From an uncultured Alphaproteobacteria bacterium (GTDB lineage Bacteria > Pseudomonadota > Alphaproteobacteria > Rhodobacterales > Rhodobacteraceae), in the NCBI GenBank assembly GCA_963750745.1, contig CAVVSO010000012.1:481-64480 (forward strand): a DNA stretch of 64,000 bases, given 5' to 3'. This document shows, in pieces, positions 11,061 through 20,742 of the stretch; position 1 is the stretch's first letter, and each line of letters opens with the position of its first letter. Under the pieces are notes generated by a model. It made no database searches. It was not told where the DNA came from and saw nothing but the letters and a program-made list of their open reading frames with translations. A program made the translations under genes and the position numbers.

Positions 11061-11477
11061 ATGAGGCGCTCGCATCAGGGGTTCGCTGTGCTGACAGTCG
11101 CCGCGCTGGCCGCCGCCGGCGGGGCCTCGGGGCATGACTGGTATTCCGGCCGGGTCAACGAGGAGGGGCAACCCTGCTGCGATGGCGAGGATTGCGCGGC
11201 GATGGCCGACGCGCGGGTGCGGCGGACCGCCGCAGGGTATGACGTCGAAATCGTGCCGGGCAGCCACCCGATGGTCCGCTCCGACGACTGGCGGGCGTGC
11301 TTCTACGCCGGCGCCTACTGCACGGTCTTCGCGGGCGTCCACACCACCGCGCCGGTGACGTTCCATTTCGAGGGCAAGGCGGGCATCAGTCCCGACGGCC
11401 AGGTGCATGTCTGCATCGACGGCGCCGACCTCACCCAGCGCCGGATCCGGTGTCTGTTTCTCGGGGGAGTGTCGTGA
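11061..11477 (+). CDS. Small secreted Cys-rich protein
   Basis: Signal peptide ending ASG|HDWY; CCDGEDC, SPDGQVHVC and RCLF motifs. Confidence 0.75.
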   Translation: MRRSHQGFAVLTVAALAAAGGASGHDWYSGRVNEEGQPCCDGEDCAAMADARVRRTAAGYDVEIVPGSHPMVRSDDWRACFYAGAYCTVFAGVHTTAPVTFHFEGKAGISPDGQVHVCIDGADLTQRRIRCLFLGGVS

Positions 11478-11560
11478 GGTGAGCCAGGGGTCGGTAGTGG
11501 GTGACCGGGCAAAACGCTTGCTAGGCCACTCGAAGGCGCGGAGACCCATCAGGAGGAGCG

Positions 11561-12055
11561 ATGTATAGCGAAGGCTTCATGCGGCGCGCGATCGAGATAT
11601 CGGCCGAGGCGCTGAGCACGCTCGGCACCGAGCCTTTCGGTGCGGTGATCGTGAAGGACGGCCGGATCGTCGGCGAGGGCATCAACCGGTCGCTGCAGAA
11701 CTTCGACCCGACCTCGCATGGCGAGATCGAGGCGATCCGCGATGCGGCGCGCAATCTCGGCACGGTGGATTTGTCCGGCTGCGAGCTCTACACCTCCTGC
11801 GAGCCTTGTCCGCTTTGTGTCGCGGCGATGGGCATTGCCCGGATCGGGCAGCTTTACTACGCCGCCTCGTCGGCGCAGGCGGGGGCCGCCTTTGCCGGGC
11901 TGACAGCGCGCGAGCGGCATCCGATCGACGTGGATCTGCTGCGCCGGGAGTGCGGGGCGACGGTCGGGCAGCGCCGCATGCCTGCCTTGCAGGCGATGGA
12001 CGCCGAGGCGACGGCGATCCTCGAGCGCTGGGCCGGAAAACAGCTAGGCCGATGA
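11561..12055 (+). CDS. Nucleoside/guanine deaminase (CDA superfamily)
   Basis: PFGAVIVKDG, DPTSHGEIEAIR, LYTSCEPCPLC zinc motif; AGGAG RBS. Confidence 0.9.
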   Translation: MYSEGFMRRAIEISAEALSTLGTEPFGAVIVKDGRIVGEGINRSLQNFDPTSHGEIEAIRDAARNLGTVDLSGCELYTSCEPCPLCVAAMGIARIGQLYYAASSAQAGAAFAGLTARERHPIDVDLLRRECGATVGQRRMPALQAMDAEATAILERWAGKQLGR

Positions 12056-12080
12056 TCGGGTGCAAGCGACGGTGGCTCCG

Positions 12081-13046
12081 GTGACCGACTCCGATCCGGT
12101 GATCGCCTGGCTGCTCGCCTCCGACCCGTCGATCCGGTGGCAGGCGATGCGCGACCTGCTCGATGCGCCCGAGGCGGAGTGGGCGGCGGAGCGTGCCCGG
12201 GTCGAGGCGGAGGGGTGGGGCGCGCGATTGCTGTCCTGCCAGGACGAGGACGGGCAGTGGGCGGGTGGCGCGTTCGTGCCGGCGGGGTTCGACGCGCGCG
12301 CCTGGGCCGAAGAGGGTCAGCCGTGGACGGCGACGAGCTTTGCCTTGTCGCAGCTCCGGGAGTTCGGCCTCGATCCGGCATCGGATCGGGCGAGGCGGAC
12401 CGTCGCCTTGATCGGCGCCAACTCTCGCTGGGACGAGGGCGGCCAGCGCTACTGGGACGGTGAGGTGGAGGAATGCATCAACGGCCGGACGGTTGCCGAC
12501 GGCGCATACTTCGGGGTCGATGTGGCCTCGATCGTCGAGCGGCTGGTCGGCGGGCGTCTCGCCGACGGCGGCTGGAACTGCGAGCGGATCAACGGCTCGC
12601 TGCGGTCGTCCTTTCACAGCACGATCAACGTGCTGGAGGGGCTGCTGGAGTACGAGAGGGCAACCGGCGGCACGCCTGCATCCCGGGACGCGCGGAGGTC
12701 GGGCGAGGCGTACCTGCTTCGGCGACAGCTCTTCCGCCGTTTGGCCACGGGAGAGCCGGCGGACCAGCGGTTTCTCCGGTTCGGTCATCCGAACCGCTGG
12801 CGGTATGACGTGCTGCGGGGGCTCGACTATTTCCGCGCTGCCGCGATGGTGACCGGCGCCGCGCCCGATCCGCGCCTTGAAGCGGCGATCGGCCAGCTTC
12901 GCTGCAGGCGCCTGGAGGACGGCAGGTGGCTCCTCGACCGGAGCCCGCGCGGGCGGGTTTGGTTCGCGGTGGATGACGGGCCGGGCAAGCCCTCGCGGTG
13001 GGTGACGCTCCGCGCGATGCGCGTGCTCCGATGGTGGGAGGGTTAG
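12081..13046 (+). CDS. Squalene-cyclase/prenyltransferase-like alpha-barrel protein
   Basis: WLLASDPSIRWQAMRDL, QDEDGQWAGG, LADGGWNCE, SSFHSTINVLEGL, GKPSRWVTLRA. Confidence 0.75.
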   Translation: MTDSDPVIAWLLASDPSIRWQAMRDLLDAPEAEWAAERARVEAEGWGARLLSCQDEDGQWAGGAFVPAGFDARAWAEEGQPWTATSFALSQLREFGLDPASDRARRTVALIGANSRWDEGGQRYWDGEVEECINGRTVADGAYFGVDVASIVERLVGGRLADGGWNCERINGSLRSSFHSTINVLEGLLEYERATGGTPASRDARRSGEAYLLRRQLFRRLATGEPADQRFLRFGHPNRWRYDVLRGLDYFRAAAMVTGAAPDPRLEAAIGQLRCRRLEDGRWLLDRSPRGRVWFAVDDGPGKPSRWVTLRAMRVLRWWEG

Positions 13047-13067
13047 GGCCCGCCCGCGCCGGCGCGT

Positions 13068-13826
13068 TTAGCGGATCGTGTAGCCGCCGTCGACGATGAG
13101 GTCGGCGCCGTTGATCATCGCGGCCTCGGCCGAGGCGAGGAACACCGCGGCGGCGGCGATCTCCTCGGGCTCCGCGAAGCGCCCGGTCGGGATCTGCGCC
13201 TTCAGGGCGTCGCCCTTCGCGCCGGACCAGGCGCTGCGGCCGAGGTCGGTGAGGACCACGGTCGGCGAGATCGAATTGACGGTGATGCCGTGCCTTCCCC
13301 ATTCGAGGGCGAGGGTCCTGGTCAGGCCGATGACGCCGAACTTCGAGGCGCAGTAGGCGACATGGCCTTCGATCGCCACCGTTCCGGCCTGGCTCGCGAG
13401 ATTCACGATCCGTCCGCCGCGGCCCGCCGCGATCATGCGCCGGCCGACCGCACGGGCCATCAGGAAGCTGCCGGTGAGGTTGACGTCGATCGTCCGCTGC
13501 CACGCGGCATCGTCGAGCTCCTCGGCAGGGGCGAGTGCGGCGATGCCGGCGCTGTTCACCAGGATGTCGATGCCACCGAAGTCGGACTCGACCGCGGTGG
13601 CGGTGGCGTCGGCGCTGGCTGCATCGGTGACGTCGCAGAAGTAGCTGCGGGCGCCGGCGAGGGCGGCCGCGCGCGTCTCGGCGGCGTCCCGGTTCAGGTC
13701 GAGGAGCGCCACGCGGGCGCCCTTGGTCGCGAAGGCCTCGGAGATGGCGGCGCCGATGCCGGAGGCCGCTCCGGTCACCGCGGCGACCTTGCCGGCCAGA
13801 GAGTAGTCGAAGGTCAGGGTGCCCAT
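13068..13826 (-). CDS. SDR oxidoreductase, GolD/DthD (D-threitol dehydrogenase-like) family
   Basis: TGAASGIG, NSAG, SQAG, YCASK, NSISPTVVLTDLGR; lies within the tetritol cluster. Confidence 0.85.
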   Translation of the reverse strand: MGTLTFDYSLAGKVAAVTGAASGIGAAISEAFATKGARVALLDLNRDAAETRAAALAGARSYFCDVTDAASADATATAVESDFGGIDILVNSAGIAALAPAEELDDAAWQRTIDVNLTGSFLMARAVGRRMIAAGRGGRIVNLASQAGTVAIEGHVAYCASKFGVIGLTRTLALEWGRHGITVNSISPTVVLTDLGRSAWSGAKGDALKAQIPTGRFAEPEEIAAAAVFLASAEAAMINGADLIVDGGYTIR

Positions 13827-14075
13827 CCGCTCAGTCCCTCGTGCCGCGGGAGCCGGACTGCTCCGCCCGCTGCCGAACGGCGGCGCGCGGGCCGGCATCG
13901 CCGGTCCAGCCCGGCGTCGATGCCTTCTCCAGGGCGACGACGGCCGGCATGGAACAGAGCTGATCGAGTCTCGAGGTCATCGCGGGTATGGCTCCGGCGG
14001 GCTAGAGGTGAGGGGCGGGTGGCAATGCGAGGACGGTCCGCTAAGATGCGGGGTTGAAGGGGAACGGGGGAAGCG

Positions 14076-15084
14076 GTGCGAACCAAGAAGATCCTGAACG
14101 ACGGGGACAAGGCGGTGGACGAGATGCTCGAGGGCGTGCTCGCGGCGCATCCGGCGCATCTCGATCGGGTCGCCGGCAGTCCGCGTTCGATCGTGGCGCG
14201 GGTCGGGCCGCGTTCGGGCAAGGTGGGCCTGGTGATCGGCGGCGGGTCCGGGCACGAGCCGAGCTTTCTCGGCTTCGTCGGCCGCGGCCTCGCCGATGCG
14301 GCGGCGGTCGGCAACGTCTTCGCCTCGCCGCCGCCCGATCCGATCCTGGAGTGCACCCGCGCCGCGAGCGGCGGCGTGGGCGTGCTCTATATGTACGGCA
14401 ACTATGCCGGCGACGTGATGAACTTCGACATGGCCGCCGAGATGGCCGCGATGGAGGGCATCGAGGTCCGCACGGTGATCACCACCGACGATGTCGCCTC
14501 GGCGCCGCGCGACCGGCGCGACAGCCGGCGCGGGGTGGCGGGCAACGTCTTCATCTTCAAGGCCGCCGGCGCCGCCTGCGACCTGATGCTGCCGCTGGAC
14601 GAGGTGGAGCGGGTGGCGCGCAAGGCGAACGCGCGGACCTTCACCATGGGCGTGGCGCTCGCGGCCTGCTCGCTGCCGCAGACGCGGCGGCCGAACTTCG
14701 AGATCGGCGACGACGAGATGGAGATCGGCATGGGCATCCACGGCGAGCCCGGGATCGCCCGCGGGCCGCTGACGAGCGCCGACGCGATCGTCGACGCGAT
14801 GATGGACCGGATCCTGGCCGAGATGGCGGCGGAGCGCGGCGACGAGGTGGCGGTGCTGGTCAACGGGCTCGGCGCCACGCCGCTGATGGAGCTCTACATC
14901 ATGAACCGGCGGGTTCGGCAGCGGCTGGACGAGGCCGGTCTCGAGGTGCGCGCGACCTGGGTCGGCAACTGGTGCACCTCGCTCGAGATGGCCGGCGCGT
15001 CGGTGACGCTGCATGCACCTCGACGCGGAGCTGGCGGCGATGCTGGATCATCCCTGCGACTGCGCGATGTTCAGGGTGGGATGA
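14076..15084 (+). CDS. DhaK-domain kinase subunit (probable erythrulose kinase; frameshift near the 3' end)
   Basis: GGGSGHEP, GNVFASP, NYAGDVMNF, RRGVAG, EIGMGIHGEPG, TSLEMAGAS. Confidence 0.88.
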
Positions 15085-15721
15085 TGGCGATCGACGGCAC
15101 GCACGATGCGGGCGATGATCGCCGCGATCGCGCGCGACATGGAGGCGAACAAGGACGAGCTTTGCCGGCTCGACGGGCTGATCGGCGATGCCGACCACGG
15201 CATCGCCATGGCGCTGGGCTTCGGGGCGGCGCGCGACGCGGTCGAGGCGCTGGAGCCGGGCGCGGAGCCGACGGCGGTGCTCAACGCCGCGGCGAAGGCG
15301 TTCCTGAACGCGGTCGGGGCTTCGAGCGGGCCGCTCTATGCGACCGCGCTGATGCGTGCGGCGGCCGCGGTCAAGGGCAAGGCGGTGCTCGATGACGGCG
15401 ATGCCGTCGCGCTGGTGCAGGCAATGGCGAGCGGGATCCGCGATCGGGGCAAGGCCGAGCCCGGGCAGAAGACCATGCTCGACGCCTGGGCGCCGGCGGC
15501 GCAGGCGGCGGCCGAGGCGCACGCCGCGGGCGGAGGCGCTCGCGGGCTGTCTCGACGCGGCGGCCGCGGCGGCCCGGGAAGGCGCGGAGGCGACCCGCGG
15601 CATGGTCGCGGCCAAGGGGCGGGCGGAGCGGCTGGGCGAGCGGGCGGTGGGTCATGTCGATCCGGGTGCGGCTTCGGCGGTGGTGGTCATCGAGGCGATG
15701 CGGCGGGGCTTGGCGGGCTGA
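15084..15721 (+). CDS. DhaL-domain kinase subunit (frameshifted)
   Basis: LDGLIGDADHG, GASSGPLY, GQKTMLDAW, KGRAERLGERAVGHVDPGA. Confidence 0.88.
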
Positions 15722-15733
15722 GGCCCGCGGGCG

Positions 15734-16189
15734 TCAGCCTTTGGCGTATTTCGCCTCGACCTCGTTGATCGCCTTGACGTTGGTCGCCGAGCGGCCCTGC
15801 TGGTCGAAGGTCTGCGCGAGGAAGCTGTCGGCGATCGATTTCGCGAGCTCCGGGCCGATGACCCGCGCGCCCATGGTGATGATGTGGGCGTCGTTGGAGA
15901 GCGCCGCGCGCTCGGCGGAATAGGTGTCGTGGGTGAGCGCGGCGCGGATGCCGGGCACCTTGTTGGCCGAGATGCAGACGCCGATGCCGGTGCCGCAGAC
16001 CAGGATCGCCTTGTCATAGGTGCCGTCCTTGACCGCGTTCGCGACCCGGTCGGTCAGATGCGCGTAGAACTTCTCGGCGTCGTTCTCGGGCTTGCTGAGA
16101 TCGGCGACCTCGTGCCTGGCCTTGAGGTGCTCGGCCAGGGTGTGGGCGAGCTCGGCGCCGGCGCTGTCTCCGGCCACTGCGATCTTCAT
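15734..16189 (-). CDS. RpiB/LacA family isomerase (D-erythrulose-4-phosphate isomerase, EryI/DerI-like)
   Basis: [49 protein letters not shown]. Confidence 0.9.
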   Translation of the reverse strand: MKIAVAGDSAGAELAHTLAEHLKARHEVADLSKPENDAEKFYAHLTDRVANAVKDGTYDKAILVCGTGIGVCISANKVPGIRAALTHDTYSAERAALSNDAHIITMGARVIGPELAKSIADSFLAQTFDQQGRSATNVKAINEVEAKYAKG

Positions 16190-16252
16190 GTCTTCCTCCT
16201 GGGCTGTCGGGTGGGATGGTGGGCCATCCGGGGCCGCGATCAAATGCGATTT

Positions 16253-17012
16253 TCAGAGGGCCGCAGAGGTGCGGCGCAGGATGTCGATGTAGCCCTCGGG
16301 CTGCCACGCCGATCGGCCGATGAAGAGGCCGTCGATATGCGGTCGGGCGATCAGCTCGGCGGCGTTGCCGGGATTGACGCTGCCGCCGTAGAGCACCGGC
16401 GGCGCGGCGGGGAGCAGCGTCGCGGCGGCCTCCTTGATCAGCGCCTGGCGGGCGTCGGCGTAGTCAGAGGTGGCGGGGATGCCTCTCTCGCCGATCGCCC
16501 AGACCGGCTCGTAGGCGAAAAGGATCGGCGCGGCGCGCTGCGGCGTCGTCGAGGAATTGCAGGGCGGCTTCGGTCTGGGTGGCGAGGACCGCGTCGGCGC
16601 GACCGGACTCGCGTTCCGCCAGCGTCTCGCCGACGCAGATCAGCGGCACCAGGCCGTGGCGGACGGCGGCCGCGGTCTTGAGGCCGACGGTGCGGTCGGT
16701 CTCACCGAAATGCTCGCGGCGCTCGCTGTGGCCGAGCTCGATCAGGTCGAGGCCGCAGTCCTTGAGCATCAGCGGCGAGACCTCGCCGGTCCAGGCGCCG
16801 GCGTCGGCCCAGTGCATGTTCTGCGCGCCGACCTTGACCCGGGTTTCGGCGAGCGCGCGCTTCACCTCGCGGACGGCGGTGAAGGAGGGAATGACGAAGG
16901 GCTGGATCCGCGGGTCGAAGCCCGGAACGAAGGCGGCGAGGGCGTCGGCGAAGGCGAGGGCTTCGGCGAGGGTCTTGTTCATTTTCCAGCTGGTGCCCAC
17001 CCAGAACGTCAT
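16253..17012 (-). CDS. Triosephosphate-isomerase-like L-erythrulose-1-phosphate isomerase (TpiB/LerI type; frameshifted)
   Basis: WVGTSWKMNK, ELGHSERREHFGETD, AYEPVWAIG, LYGGSVNP, DGLFIGRSAW. Confidence 0.88.
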
Positions 17013-17030
17013 CGTTCCCCCTCCTTCGGT

Positions 17031-18556
17031 TCATTCTGTCCGGCGGGGCGAGCCGGTCGATCTGCGGCCAGAGGGGCGCCATCGCTCGGCGATACGGCGG
17101 AACAGGCTGTAGCGCTCGGCGTAGGCGGCGCTGCGGGCCGCATCGGGCGCATAGGTCCGGCAGAGGCGGGCGAGGTCGCGCGGGTCGTCCTGTGGCGTGG
17201 GGAAGATCTCGGCGCCGGCTCCGGCGCAGAGCGCGGCGCCCCAGGCCGCGGCCTCGTCGGTTTCGGTGACGGTGACGGGCATCGCGAGGATGTCGGCGAA
17301 CATCTGCGCGAAGGCCGGGTTGCGCGAGGCGCCGCCGGTCAGCCGGGCCTCGCGGACGGTGAAGCCGTCACGCAGCGCGTCGATATGGACGCGGTGATTG
17401 CAGGCGATGCCCTCGAGCACCGCCCTGAGCAGCGCGCCGCGATCGTGCCATCCGCGCAGTCCGAGAAAGCTGGCGCTGGCGATCGGGCCGTGCGGCGAGC
17501 CGAAGAGGTAGGGGTGGAAGAGCACGCTGGAGGGCCGCGCCAGCGCCGCGTCGATCTCGTCCGCGAGCAGGGCATGGATCGATTGTCCGGCGCTCTCGGC
17601 GGCGGAGCGGTCGCGGCGGCAGAGGGTGTCGAGGAACCAGTCGTAGTTGGCGGCGGAGGCCGGCGAGATCGCCATGTTGTTCCATTGCCCGGCGGCGACG
17701 GCGTTGCGGCAGAACCAGCGCCGATCGGTGCGCGGCGCGGAGGAGACCAGCTCGTTGATCGAGTAGGTGCCGGCGACGATCGCCAGCACGCCTTCCCCAT
17801 GCCCGCCGATGCCGAGCGCCGAGGCGGTGACGTCGTGCAGGCCGGCGGCGACCGGGGTGCCCGCGGCGAGGCCGGTCAGGCGGGCGGCCTCGGGCGTGAC
17901 CGCGCCGACGATCTCGGCGGAGCCCGCCATCGGCGCGAGGGCGCCGAGGAGGTCGTCCAGACCGAAGAGCGCCAGCGCCTCGGGCGAATAGTCCTGGGTG
18001 CGGACCGCGGTGAACGATGTGCTGGCCTCGGTGCGGTCGGTGCCGATGGTGCCGGTCAGGCAGAAGCGCAGCCAGTCCTTGCAGCCGACGACATGCGCGA
18101 TGCGTCGGAAGCGCTGCGGGTCGTTGGCTGCGGATCCAGGCGAGCAGCGCCGAGGGCGCCGAGACGTGCGGCACCTGACCTGTCAGGACGAGCGCCTCGT
18201 CAGCGACGCATGACGCCTCCCAGGCATCGACCACGGCCCCGGCGCGGCTGTCGAGCGAGAGGATCGCCGGGCCGAGCGGCCGGCGGTCGCGGTCCAGGAG
18301 GTAGAGGCCGTCGCCATGCGCCGTCGCGGCGGCGGCGAGTGATGTCGCTCGCGGGCCGCCCACTGGCGAGGACCGCCTCGGCGATCGCCTCGGCCGTGGC
18401 CTGCCAGAGCGCGTCCATGTCGCGCTCCACGCGATGCGGCGCCGGCATGCGCTGCGGCACGCGCCGCCGGGCCACCGCGAGCTCGGTGCCGTCGACGTCG
18501 AAGATCACGGCCTTGGTGACGGTCAGACCGTTGTCGATTCCGAGCAGGCTGGGCAT
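17031..18556 (-). CDS. FGGY-family carbohydrate kinase (frameshifted)
   Basis: LLGIDNGLTVTKAVIFD, AHGDGLYLLD, AGLHDV, FHPYLFGSP, LTGGASRN. Confidence 0.88.
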
Positions 18557-18591
18557 CGAGCACTACGCTTTTTCAACGATCCGCTGGGGCA

Positions 18592-18614
18592 GGGGGCGCC
18601 GGTGCGGCGCCCCC
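18592..18614 (-). terminator. Intercistronic stem-loop after the substrate-binding-protein gene
   Basis: GGGGGCGCCG-gtg-CGGCGCCCCC, 10-bp stem. Confidence 0.5.
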
Positions 18615-18623
18615 CTTTACCGA

Positions 18624-19572
18624 TCACTCGCTCAGCACGAACGGTCCGGTGTAATTGTCGATATTGTCCTTGGTGATCAGCAGGCAGTCGAAGAGCTGCT
18701 TCTCGCTCGCCGCGCCGGTCTTGCCGGTCTTGATGAAGTTGTCCGCCTGGCGGACCGCCTCGGCGGAGAAGACGGCGACCGGCTGGAGGACGGTGTACTG
18801 CATCTCGCCGGCCTTGACCGCGGCGACCGCGTCGGGAGAACCGTCGAAGCCGCCGACCTTGACGTCGGCGAGCTTGCCGGCTTCCTTCAGCGCCGCGATG
18901 GCGCCGAGCGCCATCTCGTCGTTGCCGCTGATAACGCCGACGATGTCGGGATGCGCCTGCAGCATGCTCTGCATCTTGTTGTAGCCCTTGGTGCGATCCC
19001 AGTCGGCGACCTCCTGGGCGACCTTGACGAGGTCGGGGTACTGGGTCAGCACCGTCTCGTAGCCGTTGGAGCGGGTCGCGGCGTTGTTGTCGGCTGGGTT
19101 GCCGAAGAGCTCGACGTAGTTGCCCTTGTCGCCGACGCTCTCCACCCATTGCTGGGCGCCGATCGCAGCGCCCTGGGCGTTGTTGGAGACGAGCTGCGCC
19201 TTGGCCAGGCCCTCCTGATTGATCTCGGCGTTCACCAGGAACACCGGAATGTTGGCGGCGACCGCCTTCTTGACCGCGCCGATCGAGCCGTCGGCGTTGG
19301 CCGGGTCGAGGATGATCGCCACCGACTTGTTGGTGATGGCGGTGTCGATCAGGTTGCTACTCGGTGTTGGTGTCGGCCTTGTGCGCGCTGACGTTGGCGG
19401 TGTAGCCGAGCTCCTTGGCGGTCGCCTCGGCCACCTTGCCCTCGGTCAGCCAGTAGGGGTTGGACGGATCGGTGACGATGATCGAGATCAGCCCGTCCGC
19501 CCAGGCCGTCCCGGCCAGGAGCGGTGTGGCTGCGACGGCGGCCAGCAGCAGGCGTTTTCCTTGCTTGAGCAT
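18624..19572 (-). CDS. Sugar (erythritol-type) ABC transporter periplasmic binding protein (frameshifted)
   Basis: Signal peptide, DPSNPYW, ILDPANADGS, NNAQGA, SGNDEMALGA, GGFDGSP. Confidence 0.9.
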
Positions 19573-19666
19573 TTTGAAGTCTCTCTCCCTTTGGTGATGC
19601 CGGCCAATGCGGCGGTGCTTTCCGCGCCGGCTTCGCGCCGGCTGCGAGAAGGGCGGGGTACGGCGA

Positions 19667-20704
19667 TCACGGCCTCTTCGGCCGACGGCGGTACTGGATG
19701 CTGTTGAGAAGAACGGCGAGCACGATGACCGCGCCGGTGAAGACCGTCTGCCAGTAGGCGGAGACGCCGACGATCACCAGGCCGTCCGAGAGGAAACCGA
19801 TGACGAAGGCGCCGAGCATGGTGCCGCCGACGGTGCCGCGGCCGCCGGTGAGCGCGGCGCCGCCGATCACCACCGCGGCGATGGCGGTCAGCTCGTAGGT
19901 GGTGCCGGCCGTCGGGCCCGCCGATGTGAGCTGCGACGAGAGGACGAGGCCGGCGATGGCGGCGCAGACGCCCGAGAGCACGTAGACGATGATCTTGACC
20001 CGCTTGACCGGGACGCCGGAGAGCTCGGCCGCCCGCTCGTTGCCGCCGGAGGCATAGAGCCAGCGCCCGAAGGCGGTGCGGGTCAGCAGCAGGTGGCAGA
20101 CGACCGCCACGACGGCAAGGACGATCACGCCGATCGGCACGCCGGCGAGCCGGTTGAACCCGAGCCAGTCGAAGCCGGTGTTGCCGAGCTCGGGGCGCCC
20201 GCCGAGGTTGTTGTAGGTGAGGCCGTTGGTCATCAGCAGCGCCACGCCGCGCGCCACGTAGAGCGTGCCGAGCGTCGCGACGAAGGCGGGCACCTTGAAG
20301 TAGGCGATCAGCACGCCGTTGACGAGGCCGACGAAGGCGCCGAGCGTGCAGGTCAGGACCACCACCGCCCAGACCGGCGGATAGAGCACCACGCCTAGCG
20401 CCGCGAGGGTCACGCCCTGCATCAGCGCCCCGGCGATCACGCCCGCGAGCGCCAGCGCGGAGCCAACCGACAGGTCGATGCCGCCGTTCAGGATCACGAG
20501 CAGCATGCCGATCGAGAGCAGGCCGTAGATCGCGACGTGGTTGGCCATGGTCAGGAAGTTGGAGACCGAGAAGTAGTTGGGCGACAGCAGGGAGAAGACG
20601 ATGACGATGACGATCAGCGCGAAGAAGGCGCGGCCCTCGAGCAGGAGCCGGGCGAGGTCGAAATTGCCGCCGAGGCGATTGCCGGCTTGGCTGATGTCGC
20701 TCAT
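19667..20704 (-). CDS. Sugar ABC transporter permease (RbsC/EryF-like)
   Basis: GGIDLSVGS, VPAFVATLG, GGNERAAELSG, YELTAIAAVVIGG. Confidence 0.92.
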   Translation of the reverse strand: MSDISQAGNRLGGNFDLARLLLEGRAFFALIVIVIVFSLLSPNYFSVSNFLTMANHVAIYGLLSIGMLLVILNGGIDLSVGSALALAGVIAGALMQGVTLAALGVVLYPPVWAVVVLTCTLGAFVGLVNGVLIAYFKVPAFVATLGTLYVARGVALLMTNGLTYNNLGGRPELGNTGFDWLGFNRLAGVPIGVIVLAVVAVVCHLLLTRTAFGRWLYASGGNERAAELSGVPVKRVKIIVYVLSGVCAAIAGLVLSSQLTSAGPTAGTTYELTAIAAVVIGGAALTGGRGTVGGTMLGAFVIGFLSDGLVIVGVSAYWQTVFTGAVIVLAVLLNSIQYRRRPKRP

Positions 20705-20742
20705 TGTTCTGGCTCCAGTTCGAAAATTGTCCGGCAGGTAAT

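Noticed and set aside
16253-17012. Calling this gene glycolytic tpiA
   Set aside because: GTSWKMNK instead of GNWKMN and linkage to the RpiB-like gene in the ery region indicate the tetrulose-phosphate isomerase
16557-19391. 944-aa plus-strand ORF and similar long antisense ORFs (e.g. 30640-32790, 21484-23052, 62496-63947)
   Set aside because: These are shadow ORFs opposite well-supported genes, expected at this GC content, with no recognisable motifs
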